A stretch of DNA of 64,000 bases from an uncultured Gemmatimonadota bacterium (GCA_964499635.1 CAZCLY010000008.1:127699-191698), one strand, 5' to 3'; positions 20,861-30,480 are shown, counted from the first letter of the stretch. Notes: generated from the sequence alone by a model not told the origin. Program-made: numbers and translations.

Positions 20861-21545
20861 TCAGGGTGTCGCGGGTCTCCACAGGGAGCGGATGAGGCCC
20901 TCCCGGAAGCTGGACCCCGGGGCGAAGTAGGCTCCGAGGAGGGCGAGGACGTGCTGTCGCCCCACGTCGGTCTGATCGAGCAGCACCTGACCGGAGGGGT
21001 CCGAGTACACGGTGCGCAGGCTGTCCCCCTCGACGTGATACGAGATCCGGTCCCCATCCCGGATGCCCCGCGCGCGCAGGAAGTCGAACCACACCGGGAG
21101 CCCATCGCTGACCACCTCGTACCCCCCGGGCTCGAGCCACCCTGCGGCCACCGCCTTCCGCATGTCCTCGTCGACGGCATCGAGGAACTGCTCCAGGCTT
21201 ACATTTCGGAGGAACTCGATGGAGGCCACCGCTTCCGAAGCCCGGATCGCCCGTTCCGCGATCGTGGGAGCGACGTTCCGATCGTAGTCGGACTCCGCGG
21301 CCACCACCGAGTCGAGCCCAGCCGCCGTCTCCGGATCGACCCGGACGCTCAGCATGAGCACGTCCACCTTGAAGATCGTCTTCTCGAGCTTCATGGCCAT
21401 CGTCGCGTGGGCCACCTCGGGCAGGAGCCCGAGGCGGGGGATCCCGTCCTGCGCCCACAGGGTGGCGAGCGACCCGATCCCCGCCACGGGCGTGAGCGTC
21501 GCGCCGCACAGCGCGAACAGGCTCGCCAGAGCACCACGACGGCGC
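20861..21545 (-). CDS. Hypothetical protein, possibly secreted. The start is uncertain.
   Basis: An ORF with normal amino-acid composition and a hydrophobic N-terminal stretch ALASLFALCGATLTPVAGIGSLA. The upstream part of the listed ORF is Arg-rich and probably non-coding. Confidence 0.4.
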
Positions 21546-21572
21546 CCGGCCGTCGCGCACCGTGCCGGGAGA

Positions 21573-22646
21573 TCAGTGCCGGGAGCGCGATCGACCGCGA
21601 CCCGGTCCGATCCGATCGAGCCCCGGGGTCCCACGTGAAAGCGTGTCCGCATATGTGGTGTCCGTCCGCATCGTGTCGGTCCGTATCGCGCCCGTGCGCG
21701 ACGTGTCGCTCGGCACGGTGTCCGCCGCCGACGTGTCGAACGGCACCGTGTCCACCCCTGCGCCATCCGCCGTCCTCGCCTCCGCTTCCGCCGTATCTCC
21801 CGCGGCCCTCCCGAACGAGTCGGGCAGGGTGGGCGGCACGACCTCGATGGTGTCCGGCGGCGGCCCCAGCGTGTCGATCTCGACGCCCCCGAAGGCGCGC
21901 GCGTATGCCAGCCGGGAGCGCCATTGGAACGAGCGAGTACGTGTCGCCGGGTTGTTACCCCTCGGAGAGGGGATGGTGGCGGCGAGTTCCGCGGCCTCGC
22001 GGCGGGTCACGGCCGACACCGACGTCCCGAAGTAGGAACGCGCGGCCGCCTCGACCCCGTACAGGCCGCGGCCGAACTCGATGACGTTCAGATAGAGCTC
22101 GAGGATCCGGTTCTTCGACAGACGGGACTCGAGCCGTCGCGTGATGAGCGCCTCGCGCAGCTTGCGGATCGGGCTGCGGGAGGGGGAAAGATACAGGTTC
22201 CGCGCCAGCTGCTGGCTGATCGTGCTCGCCCCGCGCGGGAGCTCGCGCCGGCCCCACGCCTCGCGGATGGCGGCCCCGATCTCGTGCCAGTCGAACCCGT
22301 GGTGACCGTAGAACCCGGCGTCCTCGGAGACGAGCACGGCCCGACGCACCGATTCCGGAATGCGCGACAGGGGCACGGGATCGTACTGGATGCCGCGCTC
22401 GCCAGCGTTCCCGCCGGAGAGCCAGCGCTCCATGTAGGCGGTACGCTCGGGCCACGCCGTGGCATACACGCGCGGGTCGGGGAGGGTGAGCCACACGAGC
22501 CCGAGGACGACCACCAGCCCTCCGAGCGGGATCCCGAGCCGCAGCCCCCAGCGACGCGCCGCCGAGCCCCCCGTCGGGGCCCGGCGCACCAGCCGTCGCC
22601 AGCGGCGGTCGGGCGGCCCGGCGTCCCGCTCCTGTTCCAGGGACAT
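21573..22646 (-). CDS. mtgA: Monofunctional biosynthetic peptidoglycan transglycosylase with a C-terminal DTxxx pentapeptide-repeat tail.
   Basis: An N-terminal TM helix and a transglycosylase motif RVLVSEDAGFYGHHGFDW...ISQQLARNLYL. The C-terminal ~90 aa are low-complexity and are encoded by a 15-bp tandem repeat. Confidence 0.78.
   Translation of the reverse strand: MSLEQERDAGPPDRRWRRLVRRAPTGGSAARRWGLRLGIPLGGLVVVLGLVWLTLPDPRVYATAWPERTAYMERWLSGGNAGERGIQYDPVPLSRIPESVRRAVLVSEDAGFYGHHGFDWHEIGAAIREAWGRRELPRGASTISQQLARNLYLSPSRSPIRKLREALITRRLESRLSKNRILELYLNVIEFGRGLYGVEAAARSYFGTSVSAVTRREAAELAATIPSPRGNNPATRTRSFQWRSRLAYARAFGGVEIDTLGPPPDTIEVVPPTLPDSFGRAAGDTAEAEARTADGAGVDTVPFDTSAADTVPSDTSRTGAIRTDTMRTDTTYADTLSRGTPGLDRIGPGRGRSRSRH
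21648..21752. repeat. Seven copies of a 15-bp imperfect tandem repeat (GTGTCNNNCNGCANC) inside the mtgA 3' coding region.
   Basis: The units are gtgtccgtccgcatc, gtgtcggtccgtatc, gcgcccgtgcgcgac, gtgtcgctcggcacg, gtgtccgccgccgac, gtgtcgaacggcacc and gtgtccacccctgcg. On the minus strand they encode DTxxx pentapeptide repeats. Confidence 0.7.
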
Positions 22647-22647
22647 C

Positions 22648-23688
22648 TCAGGCCAGCGTGGCCCGCAGCAGGTCCATCTGCTCCGGCCGGCCGAGCACGA
22701 TGAGCGTATCGCCCGAGCGCACCTGCTCGTTGGGACCGGGGTTGTAGATGAACGGCTGCCGCCGCTGCTCGCCGTGCTTGATCGCCAGCACGATGAGTCC
22801 GGTCTTGCGGGGGATCTCGGCCCGCGCGAGCGGTACCCCGTCGAGCGGCGAGTCCGGAGGGACCGGGATCTGCTCGAGCATCAGCTCCAGGTCCTCGCTC
22901 CGCGTGACCACGTCGAGGAAGCTCATCACCTGAGGTCGCAGGAGGACCGATGCCATGCGGATCCCGCCGGAGATGTGCGGGCTCACGACGTGGTTGGCCC
23001 CCGCCTTGCGGAGCTTGGCTCCGGCGTCCTCGTCGTAGGCGCGGCTGACGATGGTCAGCGCGGGCTGGAGGTCCCGGGCCGTGAGGCACACGAACAGGTT
23101 GTCCGTGTCGGCGCTGAGCGCCGCGACGAGCCCGCGCGCCTGACCGATGCGAGCCTCGACGAGCAAGTCGTCGTGGGTGGCGTCGCCCTCGAGGATGAGC
23201 CCCTCGGGATCGATCTCTCGCACCTGCTCGGCCCGCCCCGCATCGAGCTCTATGACCACGTACGGCATGCGGGACTTCACGAGCTCCTTGATCACCTGGC
23301 GCCCCATGCGACCGGCGCCACACACGATGATGTGGTTCTTGAGCTTCTCGATGGCCTTCATCGTCCGGCGCCTTCGAAACGCGTGAGCGAGGTCCATCTC
23401 GACCAGGGTCGAGGTGATGAGCGCGAACCAGATCCCGAGCGCGGCCACCCCGCCCACCACCAGGACGGTGGCGAACAGCCGTCCCCCCACGTCGTCCAGC
23501 GGCCGTACCTCCTCGTACCCCACGGACGAGAGCGTGATGACCGTCATGTAGAACCCGTCCGACAGGGTCCAGCCGGGCATGACCGAAAAGCCCACCGTGC
23601 CGACGGTGACCAGCGCCACGGTGAACGCGGACGCAGCGAGGAAGCGCTGGCGGAAACGGGTCTCGGGGGACGCCTGCAGCGCCGACAC
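22648..23688 (-). CDS. K+ channel with an RCK (TrkA-N/TrkA-C) regulatory domain.
   Basis: Two TM helices flank a pore sequence TLSSVGYEE. A Rossmann-like motif GAGRMG follows. GTG 23688 lies next to the upstream gene's stop. Confidence 0.72.
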   Translation of the reverse strand: MSALQASPETRFRQRFLAASAFTVALVTVGTVGFSVMPGWTLSDGFYMTVITLSSVGYEEVRPLDDVGGRLFATVLVVGGVAALGIWFALITSTLVEMDLAHAFRRRRTMKAIEKLKNHIIVCGAGRMGRQVIKELVKSRMPYVVIELDAGRAEQVREIDPEGLILEGDATHDDLLVEARIGQARGLVAALSADTDNLFVCLTARDLQPALTIVSRAYDEDAGAKLRKAGANHVVSPHISGGIRMASVLLRPQVMSFLDVVTRSEDLELMLEQIPVPPDSPLDGVPLARAEIPRKTGLIVLAIKHGEQRRQPFIYNPGPNEQVRSGDTLIVLGRPEQMDLLRATLA

Positions 23689-23690
23689 CT

Positions 23691-25160
23691 TCAGCCGTCC
23701 CGATCCAGCCTGGCCGCCACGTCGCGACCCTTGATCCGGGTCTCGTTGAGACCCCGGATCACGTCCTCGACGATCATCGAGTCGATGTCGATGAGCGAGA
23801 ACCGCGGCCGGATCTCGATCTTCCCGATCTGCGCGGCCGCGGCGCTCGTCTCGCCGGTGATCGCCCCCACGAAGTCGCCGGGCGCCGCGCCGTCCTGCTT
23901 GCCGACGTTGACGAACACGCGTGTCCACGTAGGGCGCGTCGCGCGCGCTGCGTCCGAGCTCGCCGGCGCCGGTGCACCGGCGGCCGGCGTGGCCGCCGCC
24001 GATGACGGCCGTTCGGAGGCTCGTCCGGTTTCGCGCAGCAGCCCGGCGAGCGCGGCGGCCACCGCGTGGGTTCCGTGTCGTTCGATCAGGGGTTCGATGA
24101 GCAGGGTGGACGAGGCGAGGTCTCCGTGCTCGATAGCGCCCTCCACGAGCGCGCGAAAGCCCGCGATCTCGTCACGGTGAGCGTCGACCCGGTCGCCCAG
24201 GAGGCGCGAGGGCCACCCCAGCCGCTCGGCGAGGATCTCGAGCTGGCGCAGGTGCCGCGGCGCCACGATGGCCGCGCGCCGGCGGGCCGCTCCGGCTACC
24301 CGCTCGAGGTCGGCGGCCCGCCGGGGGAGCCCGAGGAGGATGACCGCCGGGGCGCCGGCGGCGGCGTTTGCCTCCATCCCGGCAACGCGGACGCCGGCCT
24401 CGTCGCCGGCGACCTCGAACCCCTCGACGGCGAGCGCCGTCCTCACGGGCTCCACCTCGCCCTCCCCGACGCAGCGCACCACGACGCGGTCGACCCCACC
24501 CGGCTCGGCCATCTCGTGCAGGAGCTCGATCGCGCGCCCGATCCGTTGCTCCCGGGTTGGCGCGCTCCCAAGCAGCAGGGGTGGGCCGTGGGGGGCAGCG
24601 CGCGGGCTGGTCTCTCCAGACCCTTCCACGCCGGCGAGCTCCGGGGGCCAGCGACGCGCCCGGTGCAGCCGGCGCTGCACGAGGTCGTCGAACGCGGCGT
24701 CGCGACGGTGCGTGACGGCGATCAGCCGCGTGTCCTGTGCGGCGATCTGGAGCAGCGCCTCGACGGCCGCGCGGTCCGGATCGAGGGCGCGCACGTCGTC
24801 GAGCACGAGCGTCCGAACCGTGGGCAGTGACAGGCGTCCGGCCCGCAGGTCGGTGAGCAGACGAGAGGGCGTCCCGATCACGATGTCCCCGCCCGCCCCG
24901 ACGTGTCCGCTCCACGCGACCGTCTCGAGACCGCGGTCCCCGATCTCCGACTGGATCGTGCGGGCCACGCGGCGAGCCCGCTCCTCCGTGGCGGCGATGA
25001 TCAGCGCCCGGCCGCCCGGCTCCCCGCCGAGGTCGTGCGCCACGGCGGCTGCGTACAGGCGGCCGAGACCCGCGCCCTCGGACGCCACCAGCGCGAGGTG
25101 GTGTCCGCGCTCCACGCCACTCGACAGGGCCTCGAGGGCCTCGGGAGGGGGTTCCGTCAC
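23691..25160 (-). CDS. DEAD-box-helicase-like protein with degenerate ATPase motifs and a C-terminal DbpA-type RNA-binding domain.
   Basis: The C-terminus FVNVGKQDGAAPGDFVGAITGE...IGKIEIRPRFSLIDI matches the DbpA RBD. In the N-terminal RecA-like core, GKT is replaced by GAGLGR, DEAD by DDVR, and SAT by VTH. Confidence 0.6.
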   Translation of the reverse strand: MTEPPPEALEALSSGVERGHHLALVASEGAGLGRLYAAAVAHDLGGEPGGRALIIAATEERARRVARTIQSEIGDRGLETVAWSGHVGAGGDIVIGTPSRLLTDLRAGRLSLPTVRTLVLDDVRALDPDRAAVEALLQIAAQDTRLIAVTHRRDAAFDDLVQRRLHRARRWPPELAGVEGSGETSPRAAPHGPPLLLGSAPTREQRIGRAIELLHEMAEPGGVDRVVVRCVGEGEVEPVRTALAVEGFEVAGDEAGVRVAGMEANAAAGAPAVILLGLPRRAADLERVAGAARRRAAIVAPRHLRQLEILAERLGWPSRLLGDRVDAHRDEIAGFRALVEGAIEHGDLASSTLLIEPLIERHGTHAVAAALAGLLRETGRASERPSSAAATPAAGAPAPASSDAARATRPTWTRVFVNVGKQDGAAPGDFVGAITGETSAAAAQIGKIEIRPRFSLIDIDSMIVEDVIRGLNETRIKGRDVAARLDRDG

Positions 25161-25412
25161 CCGCCCCTCCAGGATCGGCGGGCGGGTGAGCGCGTCGCTC
25201 GTCGCATGCTGGGACCGTTCGCGAGGAACAGGAAAGGATCGGCGCGCCTCCGGCCGGGCCGGTGCCGGCCGGCGGCCCGGGAGATCGCGTGTGTACCAGC
25301 TTGACGGTTAGCGCCCCCCGGGGGCCCAGTCAAACGTTGACGGCCGTGCCGGTCGATTCCTAACCTGACGCCCGCTCCCGACCCGGCTCCCGGTAGACAA
25401 CGATCGGTCTGA

Positions 25413-26831
25413 ATGGGCGACATCCTGCGACAGATCCACCGCCTGGTCTGGGGGCCGCCGCTCGTCGTCCTGCTGCTGCTCGCCGGTCTCAACTTCACGA
25501 TCCTGCTCCGCGGTCTCCAGCTCCGGAGACTCCCGACCGCACTGTGGCTGGCGTTCGTGAGACGTCGCGAGCCCGACGGGGAGGGGGACATCTCCCACTT
25601 CGAGGCCCTGATGACGGCGCTCTCCGCCACCGTCGGGACCGGCAACATCGTGGGGGTGGCGACGGCGATCGGTGCGGGCGGGCCGGGTGCCCTGTTCTGG
25701 ATGTGGATCGCCGGGCTCCTCGGTATGGCCACCAAATATGCGGAGGCGGTGCTCGGCGTCCGATTCCGCGAGACCGACCAGCGCGGGGAGAAGGCCGGCG
25801 GCCCCATGTACTACCTGGAGCACGGTCTGGGCGGCGGGAAGCTCGGACGCGGGCTGGCCGTCTCCTTCGCCGTGCTCGCGGTCGCCGCGACCTTCGGAGT
25901 CGGCAACGGCATCCAGGCGCAGGCCGTGGCCGACGCGCTCCACGGGTCCTTCGGCACGCCCCACTGGCTCGTCGGCATCATCGTCGCGGCGGGCGTCGGA
26001 GCCGTCATCCTGGGTGGCATCCGCTCCATCGGCCGCTACGCGGGCGCCTTCGTCCCGCTCATGATCCTGATCTACATCGCGGCAGCGGGGGCCCTGTTGA
26101 TCGCGCGCCGGGAGGAAGTGCCGAACGCCCTGCACCTCGTGTTCGACAGCGCGTTCGGGGGGCGCGCCGTCGGGGGCGGCGCCCTCGGCTACACGGTCCT
26201 CCAGTCGATGCGCTTCGGGCTGGCGCGCGGCGCCTTCTCGAGCCAGTCGGGGCTCGGGACCGGCGGCATCGCGGCCGCCGCTGCGCAGACGCGGGAGCCC
26301 GTGCGGCAAGCCCTCGTGTCGATGACGCAGACATTCATCGACACGATCGTGGTATGCACGCTCACGGGCCTCGCGATCCTCGTCACCGGGACGTGGACCG
26401 GGGGGGCGGACGGCACCTCCATGGCCCGACTCGCGTTCGAGGCCGGTCTCCCGGGCCGGTGGGGCGGCCTCGCGGTCACGGCCAGTCTGGCCCTGTTCGC
26501 GTTCTCCACCATGCTGGGGTGGTCGTACTACGGCGAGCGCAGCCTCGCCTATCTGGGGGGCGACCGCGTCATCCGTCCGTACCGCGTGGCGTTCGTGCTC
26601 GTGGGCGGGCTGTCGGCCCTCCTGCGGACCGATGTCGTGTGGCTGCTGTCCGACGTTCTGAACGGGCTGATGGCGATCCCGAACCTCATCGGGCTCGTCC
26701 TCCTGGCCGGTATCGTGAGGCGGGAGACCCGTCTGTACTTCGAGCGCCGGCTTTGGGAGCGGGAGGGCGGGGAGAGGGAGTCCGGCGATGGTTCCGCCGC
26801 CCGGCGGGGTCCCGGAGGCGCTACCCGTTGA
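25413..26831 (+). CDS. agcS: Alanine/glycine:cation symporter (AGCS family).
   Basis: The N-terminus WGPPLVVLLLLAGLNFT and an ALMTALSATVGTGNIVGVATAI signature. Confidence 0.85.
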   Translation: MGDILRQIHRLVWGPPLVVLLLLAGLNFTILLRGLQLRRLPTALWLAFVRRREPDGEGDISHFEALMTALSATVGTGNIVGVATAIGAGGPGALFWMWIAGLLGMATKYAEAVLGVRFRETDQRGEKAGGPMYYLEHGLGGGKLGRGLAVSFAVLAVAATFGVGNGIQAQAVADALHGSFGTPHWLVGIIVAAGVGAVILGGIRSIGRYAGAFVPLMILIYIAAAGALLIARREEVPNALHLVFDSAFGGRAVGGGALGYTVLQSMRFGLARGAFSSQSGLGTGGIAAAAAQTREPVRQALVSMTQTFIDTIVVCTLTGLAILVTGTWTGGADGTSMARLAFEAGLPGRWGGLAVTASLALFAFSTMLGWSYYGERSLAYLGGDRVIRPYRVAFVLVGGLSALLRTDVVWLLSDVLNGLMAIPNLIGLVLLAGIVRRETRLYFERRLWEREGGERESGDGSAARRGPGGATR

Positions 26832-27123
26832 AGCGCGGGTAGTGTCCCAGGTCGTACGCGCGGATGGAGAGCACGTCGCGAGGGCGGATGCCGAGGTCCG
26901 CCAGGGTGCACGACTCGTCGACGATCTCGCGCTCGGCGTACTCGGTGTAGTAGGCCGCGGGGTCGTCGGAGGACCGCTGCAGCATCTCGCGCAGCCCGAG
27001 GAGCTTCGCCTGGGCGATCGTCGTCTCCATCGGGAGATCGGCCACATGCTCGAGCCACCGATCCGGCATGATCAGCCGGACGGTGATCGCCCCTGCCGCC
27101 TCCCGCGTCGCCTCGGCGCTCAT
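26821..27123 (-). CDS. Hypothetical small protein (100 aa).
   Basis: A clean ORF with ordinary composition. It is ATGA-coupled to the upstream 86-aa ORF, and its 3' end overlaps the convergent agcS by ~11 bp. Confidence 0.4.
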   Translation of the reverse strand: MSAEATREAAGAITVRLIMPDRWLEHVADLPMETTIAQAKLLGLREMLQRSSDDPAAYYTEYAEREIVDESCTLADLGIRPRDVLSIRAYDLGHYPRFNG

Positions 27124-27380
27124 CGCGCCCGCAGCGTGTACAGGAAGCGCTTCGCGAGGTCCGTCACGTCGAGCCCCGCCACCCGATCTGTCTCCACGTG
27201 AACGTTGGTGTGCCCGCCGTCGCGGTCCACGACGAAGCGCGCGAGGCCGATCTCGCCGGCGAATGTGATCGAGTGATCGGACTCTTCGTGCACCCGGAGC
27301 CTCGAGTGCTCGTCGAAAAAGCGGCGCGCCCGCGTGAGCACCTCCTCCGGCGAGACCTCTGTGATGGTGACGTATCGCAT
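27120..27380 (-). CDS. Hypothetical small protein (86 aa).
   Basis: An ORF beginning MRYVTITEVSPEEV with mixed charge and a β-rich look. It is translationally coupled to the downstream 100-aa ORF. Confidence 0.4.
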   Translation of the reverse strand: MRYVTITEVSPEEVLTRARRFFDEHSRLRVHEESDHSITFAGEIGLARFVVDRDGGHTNVHVETDRVAGLDVTDLAKRFLYTLRAR

Positions 27381-27591
27381 GGCACACGCGGGAATCGGGA
27401 GACGGACAATGGGATCGCGGCGGAAGATCAGTCGCTCCCGCGGGTCCGTCAACCGCGACGCACCTGTCGGGGCGGCCCCTCCCGCCTTCGAGCAGGCATG
27501 GCCGGATCGCCCCTCCTCTGATACCATCCCGGCTTCGCGGACCGGGGCGCCGGTCCATCGCGCCGCACGAGATCCGAGCGCCGCACAACGG

Positions 27592-28695
27592 ATGTCTCAC
27601 GACAACGCATTCGGTCGCTTCTTCCTCCCGGGGCCCACCGAGGTCCCGTCGGAGCTGTTCGAGGCCATGCATCGGCCCGTGGTGGGCCACCGCAGCGCCG
27701 AAGCCTCCGCGCTTATCGCCGCCCTCGAGCCGGGGCTGTCGAGGCTGTTCGCGACGGCCCGACCCGTGTACCTGTCGACCTCGTCGGCTACGGGGATGAT
27801 GGAGGCGGCGATCACCAACCTCACGCGCCGCCGCGTCTTGTGTCTGAGCTGTGGCGCGTTCAGCCACCGCTTTCACGGGATCGCGAAGGCCACCGGACGC
27901 TCCGCCGACCTCCTCGAAGTCGAGTGGGGAGAGCCCAATCTGCCCGACCGGCTGCACGAGGTCCTGGCAGCCAACCCGGGCCGCTACGACCTGGTGACAC
28001 TCGTCCATTCGGAGAGCTCCACGGGGGTGCTCAACCCCGTGCCCGAGCTCGCCCGCGTGGTGCACGAATCCGAGGACGTCCTGCTGGCCGTGGATGCGGT
28101 CTCCTCGCTGGCCGGGGCGCCCGTGCTCACGGATGCGTGGGGGCTCGATTTCGTGCTCACCGGGTCCCAGAAGGCCCTCGCCGTACCTCCCGGTCTCGCG
28201 CTGGCCGTCGCCTCCGAACGGGCGCTCGAGCGCGCACGGGAGGTGGAGGCGCGGGGATTCTACTTCGATCTGCTTTCGTTCGAGACGAACCTGGCACAGC
28301 GCTCGCAGACCCCCAACACGCCCGCGGTGTCGTTGCTGTACGCCCTCGAGCGTCAGATGGCCCGCATCCTCGACGAGGGCATCGAGGCGCGCTGGGCCCG
28401 GCACGCCGCGATGGCGCAGCGCACGTACGAGTGGGTCGACGCGACGGCGGATCGCACGGGACTCCCGGTTCGCGTCCTCGCCCCCGAGGGGTATCGATCG
28501 CCGTGCGTGACCGTCATCATGCTACCGGACGGAAAGACCGGTCCGGAGGTCGTCGCCGCCGCCAGATCGCGCGGCTACACGATCGCTGCCGGATACGGCA
28601 AGCTGAAGGAGCGTTCGTTCCGAATCGGTCACATGGGCGAGCATACGGTGGGAGAGCTGGACGCCCTGCTGGGCGTCCTCGACGGGGCGTTGTGA
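27592..28695 (+). CDS. Class V aminotransferase (phosphoserine / serine-glyoxylate aminotransferase type).
   Basis: A PLP-lysine motif TGSQKAL, ~367 aa, and a stop overlapping the serA start. Confidence 0.78.
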   Translation: MSHDNAFGRFFLPGPTEVPSELFEAMHRPVVGHRSAEASALIAALEPGLSRLFATARPVYLSTSSATGMMEAAITNLTRRRVLCLSCGAFSHRFHGIAKATGRSADLLEVEWGEPNLPDRLHEVLAANPGRYDLVTLVHSESSTGVLNPVPELARVVHESEDVLLAVDAVSSLAGAPVLTDAWGLDFVLTGSQKALAVPPGLALAVASERALERAREVEARGFYFDLLSFETNLAQRSQTPNTPAVSLLYALERQMARILDEGIEARWARHAAMAQRTYEWVDATADRTGLPVRVLAPEGYRSPCVTVIMLPDGKTGPEVVAAARSRGYTIAAGYGKLKERSFRIGHMGEHTVGELDALLGVLDGAL

Positions 28696-30314
28696 ACAGA
28701 CCGGCGAACGGCTCGGGCGGACGCAAACGCCTGATCCTCGCGGATCCGCTTCTCCCGGAGGGGCTCGATGTCCTCGAGGCGGGTGGGGCTCTCGCGGTGG
28801 AGGACCACACCCAGGACGACCGGGCGGCGTTGGCCGGGGCCCTGCGGGGCGCCTCCGGTCTCATCGTGCGCAGCCGCACGCGGGTCGACGCCGAGCTGAT
28901 CGACGCATCGGATGCGCTGGAGGTGATCGGCCGGGCGGGCGCTGGCGTCGACAACATCGACATGGAGGCCGCCACGCGCCGCGGGATCGCGGTGCTCAAC
29001 GCGCCGGCTGCGAACACCTACTCCACCGCCGAGCTGGCCTTCGCGCTGCTGCTCGCCGCGGCGCGGCGCATCCCGGAGGCCGACCGCAACGTGCGCGCGG
29101 GCGAGTGGAATCGGAAGGGGCTCCGGGGCACGCAGCTGCGCGGCAAGACGCTCGGCGTGCTGGGGGCAGGACGGATCGGTTCGGAGGTGATCCGGCGCGG
29201 GAGGGCGTTCGGGATGAAGGTGGTCGCCCACGACCCGTACCTCGGTGCCGAGCGTGCCAACGATCTGGGCGTCGAGCTCCTGCCGTTCGAGGACCTGCTG
29301 GCCGCCGCCGAGGTGCTCACCTTGCACGTTCCGCTCACCGACGAGAGCCGGGGGCTCATCGGGGCGGCGCAACTCGAGCGCATGCCGCGGGGCGCCATCC
29401 TCATCAACGCGGCCCGTGGCGGCCTGGTGGATGAACGGGCGCTGGCGGCGGCCCTCGTCTCCGGGCGGCTCGCCGCCGCCGGTCTCGACGTGTACGAGCG
29501 CGAGCCCCTCCCGACGGACAGCCCGCTGCGCTCGGCCCCCAACCTCGTGTTCACGCCGCACATCGGGGCCTCGACCGCGGAGGCGCAGCGCGAAGTGTCC
29601 CGCCAGATCGCCCTCGCGGTGCGCGATGCCCTCCTGTCGGCGGACTACCAGGCGGCCCTCAACGCGCCCTACGAGTCCGGCGAGCGCGGGCGGATCGCCC
29701 CGGTCATGGACCTCGGACGGCGGCTGGGAGTGCTGCTCGCCGAGCTCGACGACGGACGCTGCCGGCGGGTCGAAGTTCGCTACGGCGGGAGCGTCGCGGG
29801 CGTCCTCCGCCCGCTCGCGGCCGCCGCGCTCGAGGGGTTCCTGAGCCGGCGGGTCGAGCCGCCGATCAACGTGGTGAACGCCCTCTCGATCGCGGCCGAG
29901 CGCGGGATCGAGGTGGCCCGCGTCCGCACGGGTCAGGTGGGAGACTACACGAATCACGTGGAGCTCAAGGCCTCCACGGGAGGCGAGGCAGGCGTCACCG
30001 TCGGCGGGGCCCTGCTCGGCGATGGCCAGCACGCGCGGATCGTCCGCATGGGTCAGTTCCACGTGGACACCGTGCCGCGCGGCACCGTGCTGCTGGTGCG
30101 GAACCGGGACGTCCCCGGGGTCATCGGCGAGGTGGGAACCAAGCTGGGTCGGGTCGGGGTAAACATCGCCGAGTATCACCAGGCGAGGACCGTCGCCGGG
30201 GGCGATGCGCTCGGGGTGGTGACCGTGGACGGAGAGGTCCCCGCCGGGGTCCTCGATGACCTCCGGAGCCTGCCCGCCGTCGAGAGCGTGCGTCAGGTGG
30301 TGTTTCCCGACTGA
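28692..30314 (+). CDS. serA: D-3-phosphoglycerate dehydrogenase with a C-terminal ACT domain.
   Basis: An NAD-binding motif GVLGAGRIGSEV, a catalytic region LINAARGGLVDE, a TPHIGAST motif, and a ~540-aa long form with ASB and ACT domains. Confidence 0.88.
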   Translation: MNRPANGSGGRKRLILADPLLPEGLDVLEAGGALAVEDHTQDDRAALAGALRGASGLIVRSRTRVDAELIDASDALEVIGRAGAGVDNIDMEAATRRGIAVLNAPAANTYSTAELAFALLLAAARRIPEADRNVRAGEWNRKGLRGTQLRGKTLGVLGAGRIGSEVIRRGRAFGMKVVAHDPYLGAERANDLGVELLPFEDLLAAAEVLTLHVPLTDESRGLIGAAQLERMPRGAILINAARGGLVDERALAAALVSGRLAAAGLDVYEREPLPTDSPLRSAPNLVFTPHIGASTAEAQREVSRQIALAVRDALLSADYQAALNAPYESGERGRIAPVMDLGRRLGVLLAELDDGRCRRVEVRYGGSVAGVLRPLAAAALEGFLSRRVEPPINVVNALSIAAERGIEVARVRTGQVGDYTNHVELKASTGGEAGVTVGGALLGDGQHARIVRMGQFHVDTVPRGTVLLVRNRDVPGVIGEVGTKLGRVGVNIAEYHQARTVAGGDALGVVTVDGEVPAGVLDDLRSLPAVESVRQVVFPD

Positions 30315-30480
30315 CGGGGCCGGGCGGGATCCCGCGCCGGTCGCGAGGGATCCCGCCGGTGATCGAGGCGCGATTCATCGGTCGCCGGCACCCCCGGCCA
30401 CTCCGGTCCATTCCCCATGAGCCCGTTTCCCGGGCGCTCCTGTCATCCACGGTGGTCGAGAGGATGCGGGAGAGAGACGC

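Noticed and set aside
20861-21766. The full 301-aa minus ORF downstream of mtgA.
   Set aside because: Its first ~75 codons are Arg-rich and overlap the mtgA repeat tail in another frame. Only the distal part (≤21545) is called as a hypothetical gene.
25161-25412. A possible glycine riboswitch in the agcS 5' region. agcS genes often carry one.
   Set aside because: No GGAGAG / CACCG aptamer cores are present. A plausible sigma-70 promoter (TTGACG-17-TAACCT at ~25338-25366) leaves only a ~45-nt leader.
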